Positions 37,225 to 50,382 of a DNA stretch of 64,000 bases are shown here, one piece after another; positions within the stretch are counted from its first letter, which is position 1, and every line of letters begins with the position of its first letter. The notes beneath the pieces are model-generated. The model ran no database searches. It saw only the letters and a program-made list of their open reading frames with translations, and was not told where the DNA came from. Made by a program: the position numbers and the translations under genes. The stretch is from Octopus sinensis (taxonomy: Eukaryota). Location: the NCBI RefSeq assembly GCF_006345805.1, contig NC_043000.1:116684001-116748000 (forward strand), in the 5' to 3' direction.

Positions 37225-38529
37225 TATATACATATGTACACACATATACACACACAGAGACACACATACACACATATATTAATAGTAATGGTAATACAAC
37301 AAAAGAATGAAAGAGACCTCGATATTATGTAAATAGAGGAATATGTGTATGCATGTATTTGTGTATGACTGATTCTGTGTGTGGTATGTGTGTGTGTTTG
37401 TGTGTGTGTGTGAGCGTGAATGTATGTATGATTTGTATTTGTTTCTCACACTTTGAAAAAAACTGTTAAAGTTTTGAAGCTCCTTAACGTAGTGGTCCAG
37501 GAAAACCATTCGATAAGTACACGATATAAAGGTCATACAATAGAGGATTTGATCAACTAAAACCTTCAAGACCGTGTCCCAACATCAATGCATTTCAATG
37601 AATCAGACAAATAAAAGAAGAAATAATTAATGCCAATTATCCTACTGAAATCCTCAATTCGTCAGACAGGATGTCTGCAACAGAATTCGGTTATATAATA
37701 TTTATTATTGATACAAATAACAAACAAAAATTAAAGTTTTGTGCAATACAAATCCACAACGACATGTATAGAAAATCTAGCAAATTTTATAACATTATGG
37801 TGATAAATAATAAAAACTTTCATGCTTCATTAATTTTTGAAAAGCCGGGGCAAATTCAGAGCAATGGCCAATGAACAGATTGTATTTATAAAAACGTTTA
37901 CAGCCAATTGTTCTGGCGTCGTCGGTTTTGTTGTTAAGTATTTTGAAAGATGGAATGACCGTAGTGTTTCACAATCGCTTTCTTTTTATTTTTGATAATT
38001 TATCGCAAATCAAGTAGAAACATTTACAAATTCTTAAATGAGCCCGCTGAACATTGAGGTTCAAATCTATGAATTATATGTCTATTCTTAAGATATTTAT
38101 TTTTGCTATATTTATTGTTAATATACGAATTATATATTTCTTCTTAATACATTTGCTGTTGTATTCCTCAGAAAAGATCAACTCTTCTACAACGAATATG
38201 TGTTCATAACACACACGTTTCATTATTAAGGGTGTTCCGGGACGGCTGGTGCTTCAACATCGCGTAACTCGTCAGTCAGAAACAGCGACGATACCAGAAT
38301 ACCATACATCAATTAATCGAGTGTGATATGAATGCGTATTCATCGTAAAAGAGAAAATTGTCTTTGTGACGAACACAAAAGCGTGTTAGCATATTCACGT
38401 TCAAATATTCCAAAGCGTAATAAGAATAAACATGTATGTCGTCGTTTTCAAATTAAAACAAGAAATATAACAACTATCGATAAAAGAGATACGCTCCGAT
38501 CCAGACAATAACCCTCCTAACAACAACCT

Positions 38530-38930
38530 AAGAAAATTACATGGTTTGTTTCCCCTTTACCCTTGAATGTTAGGACAAATGTAAGCAAAGCATTCTTAAC
38601 TTTTATAGATAAACATTTCCCTTGTAGTCACAGATGTAAGAAAATCTTTGATACATTTTCCGTGAAAGTTTCCAACAACCGCTGCTCTAATATGAAAAGA
38701 AAAACTATTTTGCACACAAAACACATAAAACACCCATTCGAAACATCAACTACAGAAACCCAGATATTAACTTACACAACAAAGTATGCACAATTAGCTC
38801 AGTGGTCATCGAAGCGAAGGTCAACTATGTACTGCCAAATATGGGAACCGAAAGAAAAAGAAAAAAATATTTTAAAACAGAGATTCACCAACCACTAGCG
38901 AACTTTCCAGCACGTAGACAAAAAGAAAGG
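38530..38930 (+). pseudogene. Penelope-like element ORF remnant (RT-endonuclease linker, part of GIY-YIG)
   Basis: KKITWFVSPLPLNVRTNVSKAFLTFIDKHFPCSHRCKKIFDTFSVKVS...NMK matches the PLE motif I.WFNPP...NV.TN.GK.FL.LIDKHFP..H...KIFN...VKVSY; downstream LKQRFTNH*RTF resembles the GIY-YIG R...H helix. Confidence 0.8.
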
Positions 38931-39640
38931 CACAAAGTATGCAGGAATGAGACATGCCAGAGAATACTATGCCGTAAATCTGTAAGTGGAGCGTCGAAGA
39001 CATTTCTAGATCATACATTACTAGAACAAAATGGCAAAGATCGCATAACTGACGGAACACATATTCTTCTTATATCAAAATATTGCACCGATCTGAAATC
39101 GACAGAAGATTTTAAAAGTTGTATGCTCCTCGATTTGAATGTATATATGTGTATGTGAGTTTGAGTGTGCGCGTATATGAGGGAAGAGAGGGAGAAAGAG
39201 GGAGACACATAAACAGACAAATAGGCAGATAAATCGTAACTAAGGGAAAAGAATGATAGAGTGAATGACAGAAAGAAAGAGCAGAAAAATGAATGAGGCA
39301 GGAAATGTTCTTCGGAAAGAGAGGTGCATAAAAACAGATGTTTCAGTGTTTTATTAGAAGAATGTAAATATTTGTTCCAGTAGATGGCGTGATAGATTCA
39401 TAGACAGGTAAAACATTGGACAAAGAGCTATATATTAAACGTACTGTTTAAATACAAATACACGTGTGGACGTATATGTGTATACGTGCATACACACACA
39501 CATATACATATATATGTACTTACACACATATGTATGTATGTAAGTATGTATGTATGTATATATGTATGTATGTATGTATATATGTATGTATGTATGTACG
39601 TACGTACGTATGTATGTATAAGTATGTATGTATATGTATG

Positions 39641-39674
<34 letters not shown>

Positions 39675-40442
39675 TGTACGTACGTACGTATATATGTATG
39701 TATATGTATGTATGTATGTACGTATATATGTAGGTATGTATGTAAGTATATATGTATGTATGTATATACGTATATATATATGTATATATGTATGAATTTA
39801 TGTATGTATGTATACGTGCCTAGCATTCGAACCTATTTAACGTTTTTTCCAAAACATGATTGCTCAGCTTTTGTTTCTACCCAGAATCTGTCTGATCATA
39901 TATCAAATTTAATCTATCAAATTACTAAACTGTCCGCATGTGTGTTCGGTGTGTGTGAGTGATTCTCTGAGCGTGTCTGTCTGTGCGTGTGGGTATGTAT
40001 GCGAGCGTGTGCGTTCGTATGTATATGTGTGTTTGCTTATCTTGTATACACATACTTACACATATACTTGCACATATATAGACACATACACACACAAACA
40101 CGCACCGCCATAAATCTACCTACATATGTCTTTTGTACTTTTTACATGTCTCATTGTCCGATATCTTCCCCACTCTCACGCTGTCTATGCATCAATTTCA
40201 CACTTCCTATTTGAACAAATATTATTTAGATTCATCTATTAAACCAAAGAAGCATCCATTTATAAGTACCTCTCTTTCTACCCCGCGTGTTTTCTGTTTG
40301 CTTTGATCACTTTCTCCCTCGCTTCGCACTACACAGTATTTCCTTGTATGTTCTATGAATGTATGCATGTATGTATGTATGTATGTATGTATGTATGTAT
40401 GTATGTATGTATGTATGTATAATATATATATTTAATATATAG

Positions 40443-40615
40443 GCGCAGGAGTGGCTGTGTGGTAAGTAGCTTGTTTACCAACCACATGGTTCCGGGTTCA
40501 GTCCTACTGCGTGGCACCTTGGGCAAGTGTATTCTACTATAGCCTCGGGCCGACCAATGCTTTGTGCGTGGATTTGGTAGACGGAAACTGAAAGAAGCCC
40601 GTCGTATATATGTAT
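40443..40615 (+). mobile_element. SINE family S1, 5' half
   Basis: Head and core end at the internal microsatellite. Confidence 0.88.
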
Positions 40616-40622
40616 ATATATC

Positions 40623-40698
<76 letters not shown>

Positions 40699-40893
40699 TA
40701 CAGTCAACTCTCGCTACTATGCCACCCTGCGGGACTGAGCCAAAAGTACCGAGGGACTGTTATCTAAACACTACATAACCAAAAATTTACTGAACATACG
40801 AATAAAAATTAATAGGTTAGGAAGTAAGGCCAATAAGAAGTTTAATGCAATGGTAATAAGAAGACATCCAAGTTTATTAAGTTCAGATTGCTT

Positions 40894-41310
40894 TTAGTTA
40901 ATCCCGAAGCTCTCAAAAATTGCTGGCTGACGCATCTTCTTTCGGCGGATTTCATTCATTTCGTTGTCTAGCCTATCACACGCCTGCATGACGCTGGATT
41001 TTCCGCTGCTCTGCTGCTGCTGCATAAACTTTCGGATAGTGCTCCGTGCTCTCTGGGCATCTGCAAATGAAACGTATTCCTCTTCCACAATTACCCCGTC
41101 GTCTTCACTTTCCACCGGCTCTTCGTTATGCATTACCTCCTTTGCTATTTCTTCTAGAGTGAAACATGTCGGACAATACAAGAGGCGGTAACTTGTATCA
41201 GATATTACTAATGATACGAGGGGCCCGACAATAACGTTTTTTGCAGCATCGATAACCTCCTTCTTTTCCTTCAGCGTAAACTCAGTCCACTTGCGTTTCT
41301 GAGCTGACAT
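40894..41310 (-). CDS. 138-aa Tigger transposase derivative (N- and C-termini fused, no DDE domain)
   Basis: MSAQKRKWTEFTLKEKKEVIDA is the start of a psq-type HTH; the acidic C-terminus ends KKMRQPAIFESF; AATAAA lies about 16 nt after the stop (40878-40873). Expression unknown. Confidence 0.55.
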   Translation of the reverse strand: MSAQKRKWTEFTLKEKKEVIDAAKNVIVGPLVSLVISDTSYRLLYCPTCFTLEEIAKEVMHNEEPVESEDDGVIVEEEYVSFADAQRARSTIRKFMQQQQSSGKSSVMQACDRLDNEMNEIRRKKMRQPAIFESFGIN

Positions 41311-41479
41311 TGTATGCTACTTTCTGAACTTTTCCACAAGATTACAAATACGAAATGTACAAAATGTAGGAGTACAAAATTTCGAAAAGTTGCGTGCGCT
41401 TCAGTTTACAGGTGACATAGAGTTGAGGGTGGCATAGTAAAAAATCTTTGTTTATTATTTGGCCGAGACCGCACAAAAC

Positions 41480-41576
41480 TGGCATAGTAGCGAGAGTGCA
41501 TAGTAGCGAGGTGGCATAGTAGCGAGGTGGCATAGTAGCGAGGTGGCATAGTAGCGAGGTGGCATAGTAGCGAGAG
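41480..41576. repeat. Six tandem 16-bp subterminal repeats (tggcatagtagcgagg)
   Basis: Units at 41480, 41497, 41512, 41528, 41544 and 41560; the unit is the inner part of the TIR. Confidence 0.93.
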
Positions 41577-42369
41577 TTGACTGTATATATATATATATAT
41601 ATATATATCCCCTTTTCTTCTTTTTTTCCCCTACTTAACTTGTCTCTTCCTCTCTCTCTCATTCTTCATTCTCTCTCTCCCCCTCACCATTCTTCATGGT
41701 CTCCTCGCACCATTCCCCTTCTTCTCTCCCTTCCTCTTGCTCCTCCTCCCCCATTCCCGTCGTCCACCTGCGACGATACTTCCGCCTCGACTGCTAACTG
41801 TCTTTCTCGCCAGCCTTTCAAGGCTTTTCCTGCTCTCTCGTCGTTCACAAAAAATCCAGCGTTTGCAATACTTTTTTCGTTCGGCGTCAACAGCCCTTCT
41901 TATCTTGTTTTCCCTGTCCTGTCTTTTACTGTTATATATATATATATTTTTTACTGTTTTTTTACTGTTTATATTTTTGTACTGTCGTTACTGTCCTGTT
42001 TTTTTTACCATTTTTTTACCATTTTTTACCCCTCTGCGAAAAGATCTCAGAATTTTAATTGATTTGCTTTTCGCAGGAAGGAAAGTTTCTTGTCGAAGAT
42101 ACGTCTCGCTTTTATCCTTCGAAACGTAGAATAGATGAAACCTTAGCGACTGAAGAAGGGGTTTTTTCGTTGTGTTAACTGTCCTGTACTCCATTTTTTG
42201 TTGTTTTTTAAAAAATGTCCTGTTCCTTTGGTTTGTGTCTGTTTTCGTTTCTCTTTGTGTTCGACGTCCCTTTGGTGTCCTGTAGTCATATATGCGTGTA
42301 TATGTACATGTAGAGGTAGGTACGTACATATATGTTTATATATATGCATATGTTTTATTTATTTTATTA

Positions 42370-42427
<58 letters not shown>

Positions 42428-42832
42428 GGCGCAGGAATGGCTGTGTGGTAAGTAGATTGCTTACAGTCCCGATTTCAGTCCCACTGCGTGGCACCTTGGG
42501 TAAGTGGCTTCTACTAGAGACTCGGACCGACCAAACCCTCGTGAGTGGATTTGGAAAGACGGAAACTGAAAGAAGCCCGTCGTATATATATATATGTATA
42601 TACGTATGTGTGTGTTTGTGTATCTGCGTTTGTACCCCTCCCCCACCATCGTTTGACAACCAACGTTGGTGTGTCTACGTCACACTTAGCTTAGCAGTTC
42701 GGCAAAAAAGGATTCGAAAGAATAAGTACTAGGCTTACAAAGAATAAGTCCTGGAGTTGATTCGTTCGACTAAAGGCGGTGCTCCAGCATGGCCGCAGTC
42801 AAATGACTGAAACGCATAAAAGACTAAAAGAA
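42428..42832 (+). mobile_element. SINE family S1, full length
   Basis: Head to tail match. Confidence 0.9.
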
Positions 42833-43107
42833 TATGCTATATACAGAGAAACAGCGAACATGAAAGGAGATTGAAAAAAACAATAGAATTATTGAGCGTA
42901 GAGTATATAATAATATAATATTGTGAAAGCTATACCACAGAGTTACATATAGAACTCAATTTGTCCACATGAATAACTATAAATTATACTTGCATATATA
43001 TTATATTATATTACATTTTATTATATTAAACTCAGACAAAAACACAGAAACACACACACAGATGCACACATGCGCGGCACACGTATGTATATGCATATAC
43101 ATATATG

Positions 43108-43138
<31 letters not shown>

Positions 43139-43196
43139 GCATTTAACTATCTACGTATATTTATATTTACACACACACAAATACATATGTGTGTAT

Positions 43197-43232
<36 letters not shown>

Positions 43233-43453
43233 GATATATATATATATATATATACATATATACACAAATACGTATAATACGTATAATATATATGTTTATA
43301 TATGTTTATAAATAAATATAAATATATATATATATCTTTCTCTCTCCCTCCCTCTCTTCTCTGCCTGTCCCGCTCTCTCTATATGTGTGTGTGTGTGTAT
43401 GTGTGCATATATATTACATGTATATATATATATATATATATAGATATATATAT

Positions 43454-43490
<37 letters not shown>

Positions 43491-43593
43491 TGAGAGAGAG
43501 GGACAGACAGTCAGAGAAATGTAAATGTACCTATGCACATATACACACGAACACAGATACGGTCACACATATTCACACACAAACCATTACCTT

Positions 43594-43624
<31 letters not shown>

Positions 43625-44658
43625 ACACACAAACAACCAACAAAACAAACAAATAAACAAACAAACACATATAGCGAATGGTATAATATTCGGAAAGAAA
43701 TAATAAACGGAATTCAATTTGAAAGACAGAGAGAGAGAGAGGGGGTGGTGGAAAAGAAAAGAATGAAACGCAAGACGATTTGACTTAATATAACAGTATT
43801 CACAGAAAGAATTTAATTCCAAACTATAAACATGTATGGGTTTACGTCTTTATTCACCTACCTCAATGCGTACAGCAATGGCGTAAGTGGATGTATTGGT
43901 GGGCGTATAGGCTTCTATAGTAATTTGATATAAATGTAATGAGATCAAAAATCTGGTTGATGTAAGGTGTTTAGAGAAAGAATCGTAAAGATGACAAGTA
44001 AATCTGCGAAAATTTCACAGAAATCTAGCGGAAGCATATTTTATCGATTGAGTCATGGCGAATGCATTAAAAACACCATTAAGGAAGATCGAACGGCGTT
44101 TTGGGTTTATATATAAACAAGATTTATGAAACTAAATGGCTATATCGTTCATGATTACGCAAATAAATTACATTGCATACAAACCTGCCAAATTGAAAAT
44201 GTATCTTTCTGACTATCTATACCCACCTACTCACCTACCTACCTACCTACCTACCTACCTACCTACCTACCTACCTACCTACCTACCTACCTACCTACCT
44301 ACCTACCTACTTACCTACCTACCTGCCTACATGCATACATACATACGTACGTCTAATTACGTAGATACATATGTACCTACGTATATCTATATACACATAT
44401 ATATATGTGTGTCTGTATATATATATACATATATGCATATACATGTATACACACACATATATATATACATGTATACACACACACATATATATATATATTT
44501 ATATAAGGTTTTAGAAAAATAAAAAAGAAATAAGTAGAATTTTTACCTGTGAGTTTGTTAAATTATAAGGCACTAAAAGAGAATGACTCTCTCCAGACAC
44601 AACAGAATATGCTTCAACACACGAACTCACATAAAGAATTTTGTAACCCAAAAAAACG

Positions 44659-44713
<55 letters not shown>

Positions 44714-44833
44714 TTGTATTTAAAACTATTGATATATATATGCCATGAGATATCGCTAGCCACTACACATTCTTTATCCCCCCCCCCCTGCTTCTTTCTG
44801 TGTTCCTTTATGTGTAAGGACGTAGTGAATTCT

Positions 44834-44888
<55 letters not shown>

Positions 44889-44894
<6 letters not shown>

Positions 44895-45869
44895 GACGAT
44901 ATGAAAGTCTCGCAGAAAATACAGAACCCCAGCGATGTTGCACACCTGCAGCAAGAGTGGACTCAATCTACAGATGGGCTGAGGATAATAATATGCAGTT
45001 TAATGCTGAAAAATTCCAGGCTCTGCGCTACCAGCATCCAAAACCGAATATTAAACTTACAGGATACACCGGTCCACAGGGAATTTCAATCCCAGAGCCT
45101 AAGCCTGTGAGGGACCTGGCTATCGACATGAGTGATGATACCTCTTTCCAAGCGCACATTACCAGGATGGCGACAAAGTGCAGACGACTGGCTGGGTGGA
45201 TCCTAAGAACATTCAGAACCAGAGATAAGGAAACAATGATGGTCCTCTGGCGGACATTCGTCCTCAGTCGCCTGGATCACTGTTCACAGCTATGGTCACC
45301 CACCAGTGTAAAATTAACAGCGGACCTTGAAGCATCCAGAGAAGATTCACAAAGAAGATCGTCTCTTTGCAACAGCTCAGCTACTGGGAAAGGTTGAAAC
45401 AGCTAAGACTCTACTCCCTGGAGAGAAGACGGGAGAGGTATGCAGTAATATATGTCTGGAAGATCCTGGAAGGTATTGTGCCAAATTTTGGCATTGTAAG
45501 CTACACCAATGCTAGAACGGGACGACACTGCATAGTGCCAAAGATCTCAGCAATGCCATCACGCTTCAGGACCAGCTTCTGCAACAGCCTGGGTTTCAAG
45601 GGCTCACAGCTTTTTAATATCCTCCCAAAGAGTCTGAGGAACTTGCACAAAGTAGATGTAGCGGTTTTTAAATCAAAGCTAGACATCTTCCTGTCAAGAG
45701 TCCCAGATGAACCTACCTCACGGCAAGAGGTGCAAATGAGAGTAGCTGTATCAAACTCCATTCTTCACCAAGTGCCACATATTAAACGAGGTTCGTCGCA
45801 ATAACAGTGTAGCACAAAACGGCGGTGCATCAGCATGGCCGCAGCTCTGAGCTGAAACTAGAAAAAAAA
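44889..45869 (+). mobile_element. 5'-truncated CR1-group LINE (RT C-terminal half, two frameshifts, 3'UTR)
   Basis: YADDMK at 44889; WAEDNNMQFNAEKF; VRDLAI; LSRLDHCSQLWSP; LSYWERLKQLRLYSLERRRER; QLFNILP...FKSKLD; stop ends 45804; A-rich tail. Confidence 0.95.
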
Positions 45870-46038
45870 TATATATACATGCATATAATTTTAAAAACAT
45901 AAAAAAAATATTTAAAAATATATGGGCTGCTTACGGAGTGCTCATCTATATAGATAGATAAATATATAGATAGATACATTGATAGATAGACCGATAGATA
46001 TGTATATATCTATATATAAATACATTTTACATCTATTC

Positions 46039-46084
<46 letters not shown>

Positions 46085-46342
46085 TATATATATAATATAT
46101 ATATATACATATATACTTATATATGTGTATATATACATATATAAGTATATAGTGAGTTGGGGTACGCACTCAATTATTAGTGTGTGTATGTGTGACTACA
46201 TGTTTCTGTGTGTATTTGAAAACACTAAAACACCAGTGGCATACGAGGTGTATTCTAGAAGATTTGATATACATGTATATGAAGCATTTATAATTGTTCT
46301 AGATTATTATAATAATAGTATAATAAATGGGCCCTTTTAAAG

Positions 46343-46532
46343 TCTTGCCTGGCTCATGGGTCCGGTTTCCCGGTTTCTATGGCGTTACTCATTTTTGCCA
46401 GCTGAGTGGACTGGAGCAACGTGAAATGAAGTGTTTTGCTCAAGAACACAACGCGTCGCCCGGTCCATGAATCGAAACCACAATCTTACGATCATGATGC
46501 TGACACCCTAACCACTAAGCCACGCGCCTCCA
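46343..46532 (-). mobile_element. tRNA-derived SINE, internally deleted
   Basis: Same head as 31350-31570. Confidence 0.82.
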
Positions 46533-47590
46533 CATAATAATAGTATACCATTACTATACATCTAATAAGCTAACCTGCCGACATTTTATGCCAGATTGAA
46601 AAAGACGTCTTGAGTAGCACTTTGAACACACCTCCTGCTAAATACTCCTTCTGGCAGCTGACTAGTTTGCCTAATGCAGTGAGAACCCGAAGACAATTTT
46701 AAAGCCCGTTACACTGGGTGAAAACGCTACTAAAATGCAGGAAATGCTGCAAGTCACTTATTGATTGTTTTGCGTGAGCTGAATATTTGTTTTCGCAGGC
46801 AGAAGAAGTGTCTATAAAAATAATAAGCCTATAGTTTTCTAGTTGGTTTGGAAACAGTGCACAGAATTATTCGTGAGGATCAGATGAAGCACAAAATTTT
46901 TGGAACGTTTGTTTCCAACATGTTCAGTGACGAACAGAGGAAAATACATGTTGGGGATACGAAGGAGATGATAAAGCTCACGGTACAAGAATGCTTAAGT
47001 CTCCGGTGACCTGTGGCGATATCTAGATCTATAGTTATGACCCAGAGCCCAAGATGCAGATTGTCCGATGGAAGCATCCTGGCATCCTCTGACCCAACGA
47101 AGCCCGAGATAGCAAGTCCTACTTTGAAGGAAACTACATACATACATACATATATCTCTATTGGCAAGAAATCTTGAAATAAACTGAACAATGACATACA
47201 TACATACATACATACATACATACATACATACATACATACATACATACATACATACATACATACATACATGTACGCAATTCACGGAAATGGTCAAGCAGTT
47301 ATACAAAATAGAATTTCATTCATATAATATAAATATGTATGAATCCATTTTTTGAAAGAAAGGAAGAAAGAAATAGAGAGAAAAAGAGCATAGATGAATT
47401 CTTGATTGATAGATGGAAAGATAGATAGTTAGGTAGATAGACAGAAACCCAGAGACACAAATAGACAGATATATATGTGTGTTTATGCGCATAATGATAG
47501 ACAATTGAAATAAAATTTATGAATAAATACTTGTAATATATAACGAGTGACAAGCGTTACATGTAAATATACACCTTATAGGACACGTTA

Positions 47591-47690
47591 NNNNNNNNNN
47601 NNNNNNNNNNNNNNNNNNNNNNNNNNNNNNNNNNNNNNNNNNNNNNNNNNNNNNNNNNNNNNNNNNNNNNNNNNNNNNNNNNNNNNNNNN
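47591..47690. other. Assembly gap (100 N)
   Basis: Run of n. Confidence 1.
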
Positions 47691-47715
47691 ACATATATTG
47701 GTTGTCCCGAAAGTT

Positions 47716-47890
47716 GTTTTGAAGACTCCTACACGCATCTCATATAATCCTCTCAGGTGTTCTGGGAGGCTATTGAAGAGCTGTGGGCCCTTGAGTCCAA
47801 TGCGGTTGCAGTATTTGGCCCTGTATTCCGATGGCGATATAAGATTAAGTATTATCATTGATGTAGCCTCGATGTTACAGTGTGCTGGTA
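47716..47890 (-). mobile_element. Diverged CR1-group LINE fragment
   Basis: YCNRIGLKGPQLFNSLPEHLRGLYEMRVGVFKT aligns with FCNSLGFKGSQLFNILPKSLRNLHKVDVAVFKS of the 44889 LINE. Confidence 0.8.
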
Positions 47891-48169
47891 AATTAGTGTT
47901 CTTCATTTTCTTAAATTTACGGAAGTATTTTTCGATTGCATAAAACTAGACATATTTCCATTTAAGATTTTGGTTCAAGGCCAACAGTTCCGAAAAGGTG
48001 GAGTACGTCTATTACATCAACCCAGTTCTCAACTAGTATTTATTTTCTTCAGCCCTAAGGGATGAAAAGCAAAGTCGACCTCGGTGGAATTTGAAGACGG
48101 ACTGAATGTTGCTAAGCACTGTGTCCGTTGTGCTAACGATTCTGCCACCTTACCGCCTTGCTACATATA

Positions 48170-48581
48170 TTGGGTTGTCCTGAAAGTTCGTGCCGATTTT
48201 TAAAGGAAAGAAAAAGGTCAATAAATACTTGCCATTACGTTTTTAATCAACCAAATATGACCCATTTTGTTGCACAATGCGTCTCCATCTTTCCTTTAAC
48301 TTGAAAATACCCTCTTCCCAGAATTGAGGTGGTTCCATGGCAAACAATTCATCAAGGTATCTTTTTATGTCATCCAAGGAATTGAAATTCTTACCATTAA
48401 GATTATTTTGCAGAGACCTGAATAAGTGGAAATTCGAAGGAGCCATATCTGGTGAATATGGAGGGTGGGGTAACACATCCCAGCCGAGCTGCAGCAATTT
48501 TTGTCTGGTTCCCAAAGCATCAAGTAACGAAAATGAAAGGCAAGCTACTATAAATCGGCACGAACTTTCCGGACAACCCAA
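48170..48581 (-). mobile_element. Internally deleted mariner (412 bp)
   Basis: TA flanks; TIRs of about 30 bp with 1 mismatch; transposase C-terminus TRQKLLQLGWDVLPHPPYSPDMAPSNFHLFRSLQ...ERWRRIVQQNGSY. Confidence 0.95.
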
Positions 48582-48937
48582 TAGATATTAATACAAGTAT
48601 GTACGTATAATTCTACATACTGAAATTAATGATACGAAATGAAAGATGCTATGAAACGTTCGTAATGAGTTGGAAACCATATGGAAAATAAATCTATTTT
48701 CACCTCTCACACCTTTACATTTTATATTTTTTTCACTATTCTGACTTCCTAGATTTTCAGTGGTTTGCACACGTCAGGTAGTTAGATATTGAACCCCCAA
48801 CATTTAAGTTACTGGACATTATTTCCTGGGATTACAACATCCGTTCAGAGGCGGCTACACATAACCTCTAATTGAATTATATATATATATATATTATATA
48901 TAATATATATTTTTTTTAAATAATGAGGGAGATAAAT

Positions 48938-49224
48938 GTGTCTGTACTGGCACGAAAGCTGGGGTTAGTTTTTCAGTTTACATTACAGTGAACGAATGCA
49001 CTGAAGAAGCACGGACATTTGAATTACGTAAGTAATTGTTTTGTTAAAGGCCGAAACCGAGGTATGCATTTAATTCTGTTTTTTATATAATTTTTCATCT
49101 GTCCTGCCCGCCAAATTTGGTTCCGGTGTTCGGTGTATTTTTCCTCTAGAGAATTTTCTTGTAGTTTGATCGTTGATGGTCTATTTCTAGCATACAGCCG
49201 ACTCCCTAGCAGTAAGCCCTGCCA

Positions 49225-49225
<1 letters not shown>
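48938..49225 (+). mobile_element. HHR-bearing element, same family as 4683-5265
   Basis: Reverse-complement homology to about 4685-4978; flanked by TA-rich tracts. Confidence 0.78.
48995..49070 (+). ncRNA. Type I hammerhead motif
   Basis: aaugca-CUGAAGA-agc-[loop]-ggcc-GAAA-ccgag-GUA-ugcauu. Stem I is a perfect 6 bp; stem II is weakened by loss of one C. Confidence 0.7.
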
Positions 49226-49268
<43 letters not shown>

Positions 49269-49281
49269 TTGTATAAATTGT

Positions 49282-49845
49282 GAAGGCGCGTGGCTTAGTG
49301 ATTAGGGTATTAGAGTCGCGATCGTAGGGTCACGAGTTCTATTACCGATCATCTTTTGTATCCTTAAGTAGGTCACTTTATTTCACGGTGAGCTAGCAGA
49401 AACGTTAGCTCGCCGGGCGAAATGCTTAGCCGTATCTCGTTTGCCTTTACGTTCTGAGTTCAAATTCCGCCGAGAGGTCGACTTTGCATTTCATCCTTTC
49501 GAGGTCGATAAATTAAGTACCAGTTACGCACTGGGGTCGATGTAATCGACATAATCCATTTGTCTGTCCTTGCTTGTCCCCCCACCCTGTGTTTAGCCCC
49601 TTGCGGCTAGTAAAGAAATAGGTCACTGTATTTCACGTTGTTCCAGTCCATTCAGCTGGCAAAAATAAGTTGTACCAATATTTCAAGGGGTCGGACTTGT
49701 CGCACTCTGTGTCACGTTGAATCGCCCTGAGAAGTATGTGAATGGGTACGCGTGTCTGTGGAGTGCTTAGCCACTCGCACATTAATTTCACAAGCAGGCT
49801 ATTCCGCTGATCGGTTCAAATGGAACCCTTGTCATCGTAAGCGAC
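49282..49845 (+). mobile_element. Older tRNA SINE with a nested S2 SINE (49388-49618)
   Basis: 19-bp TSD taggtcact(t/g)tatttcacg at 49369-49387 and 49619-49637. Confidence 0.87.
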
Positions 49846-49860
49846 GCAATGCCAGCTAAC

Positions 49861-49900
<40 letters not shown>

Positions 49901-49926
49901 TATACATATATACATATATATATATA

Positions 49927-49983
<57 letters not shown>

Positions 49984-50028
49984 ATATTATATATATATAT
50001 ATACACACACACCCAACCTGTGTGTGTG

Positions 50029-50059
<31 letters not shown>

Positions 50060-50251
50060 CGTGTGTGTGTGTGTGTTCGTGGAGCAAAATTTTCAAGGAA
50101 AATCAAGGTTAACAGAAGCTTTTAAGTATGTGACCAAGTGAAATACATGAAGTTCCAGAGTTCCAATAATTTATTTATACTGTACTTCCTGCACTGAATA
50201 TTTTAATAAATTTTCTCGTGCCCTCCAGTAGTAAACTGATATGTATATATA

Positions 50252-50336
<85 letters not shown>

Positions 50337-50339
50337 TAT

Positions 50340-50382
<43 letters not shown>

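Larger units (their letters stand above)
40701..41583 (-). mobile_element. Internally deleted pogo/Tigger transposon (883 bp)
   Basis: TA flanks at 40699-700 and 41584-85; perfect 26-bp TIR cagtcaactctcgctactatgccacc. Confidence 0.92.

Noticed and set aside
41480-41576. CRISPR-like array
   Set aside because: No spacers; the repeats are Tigger subterminal repeats in eukaryotic DNA.
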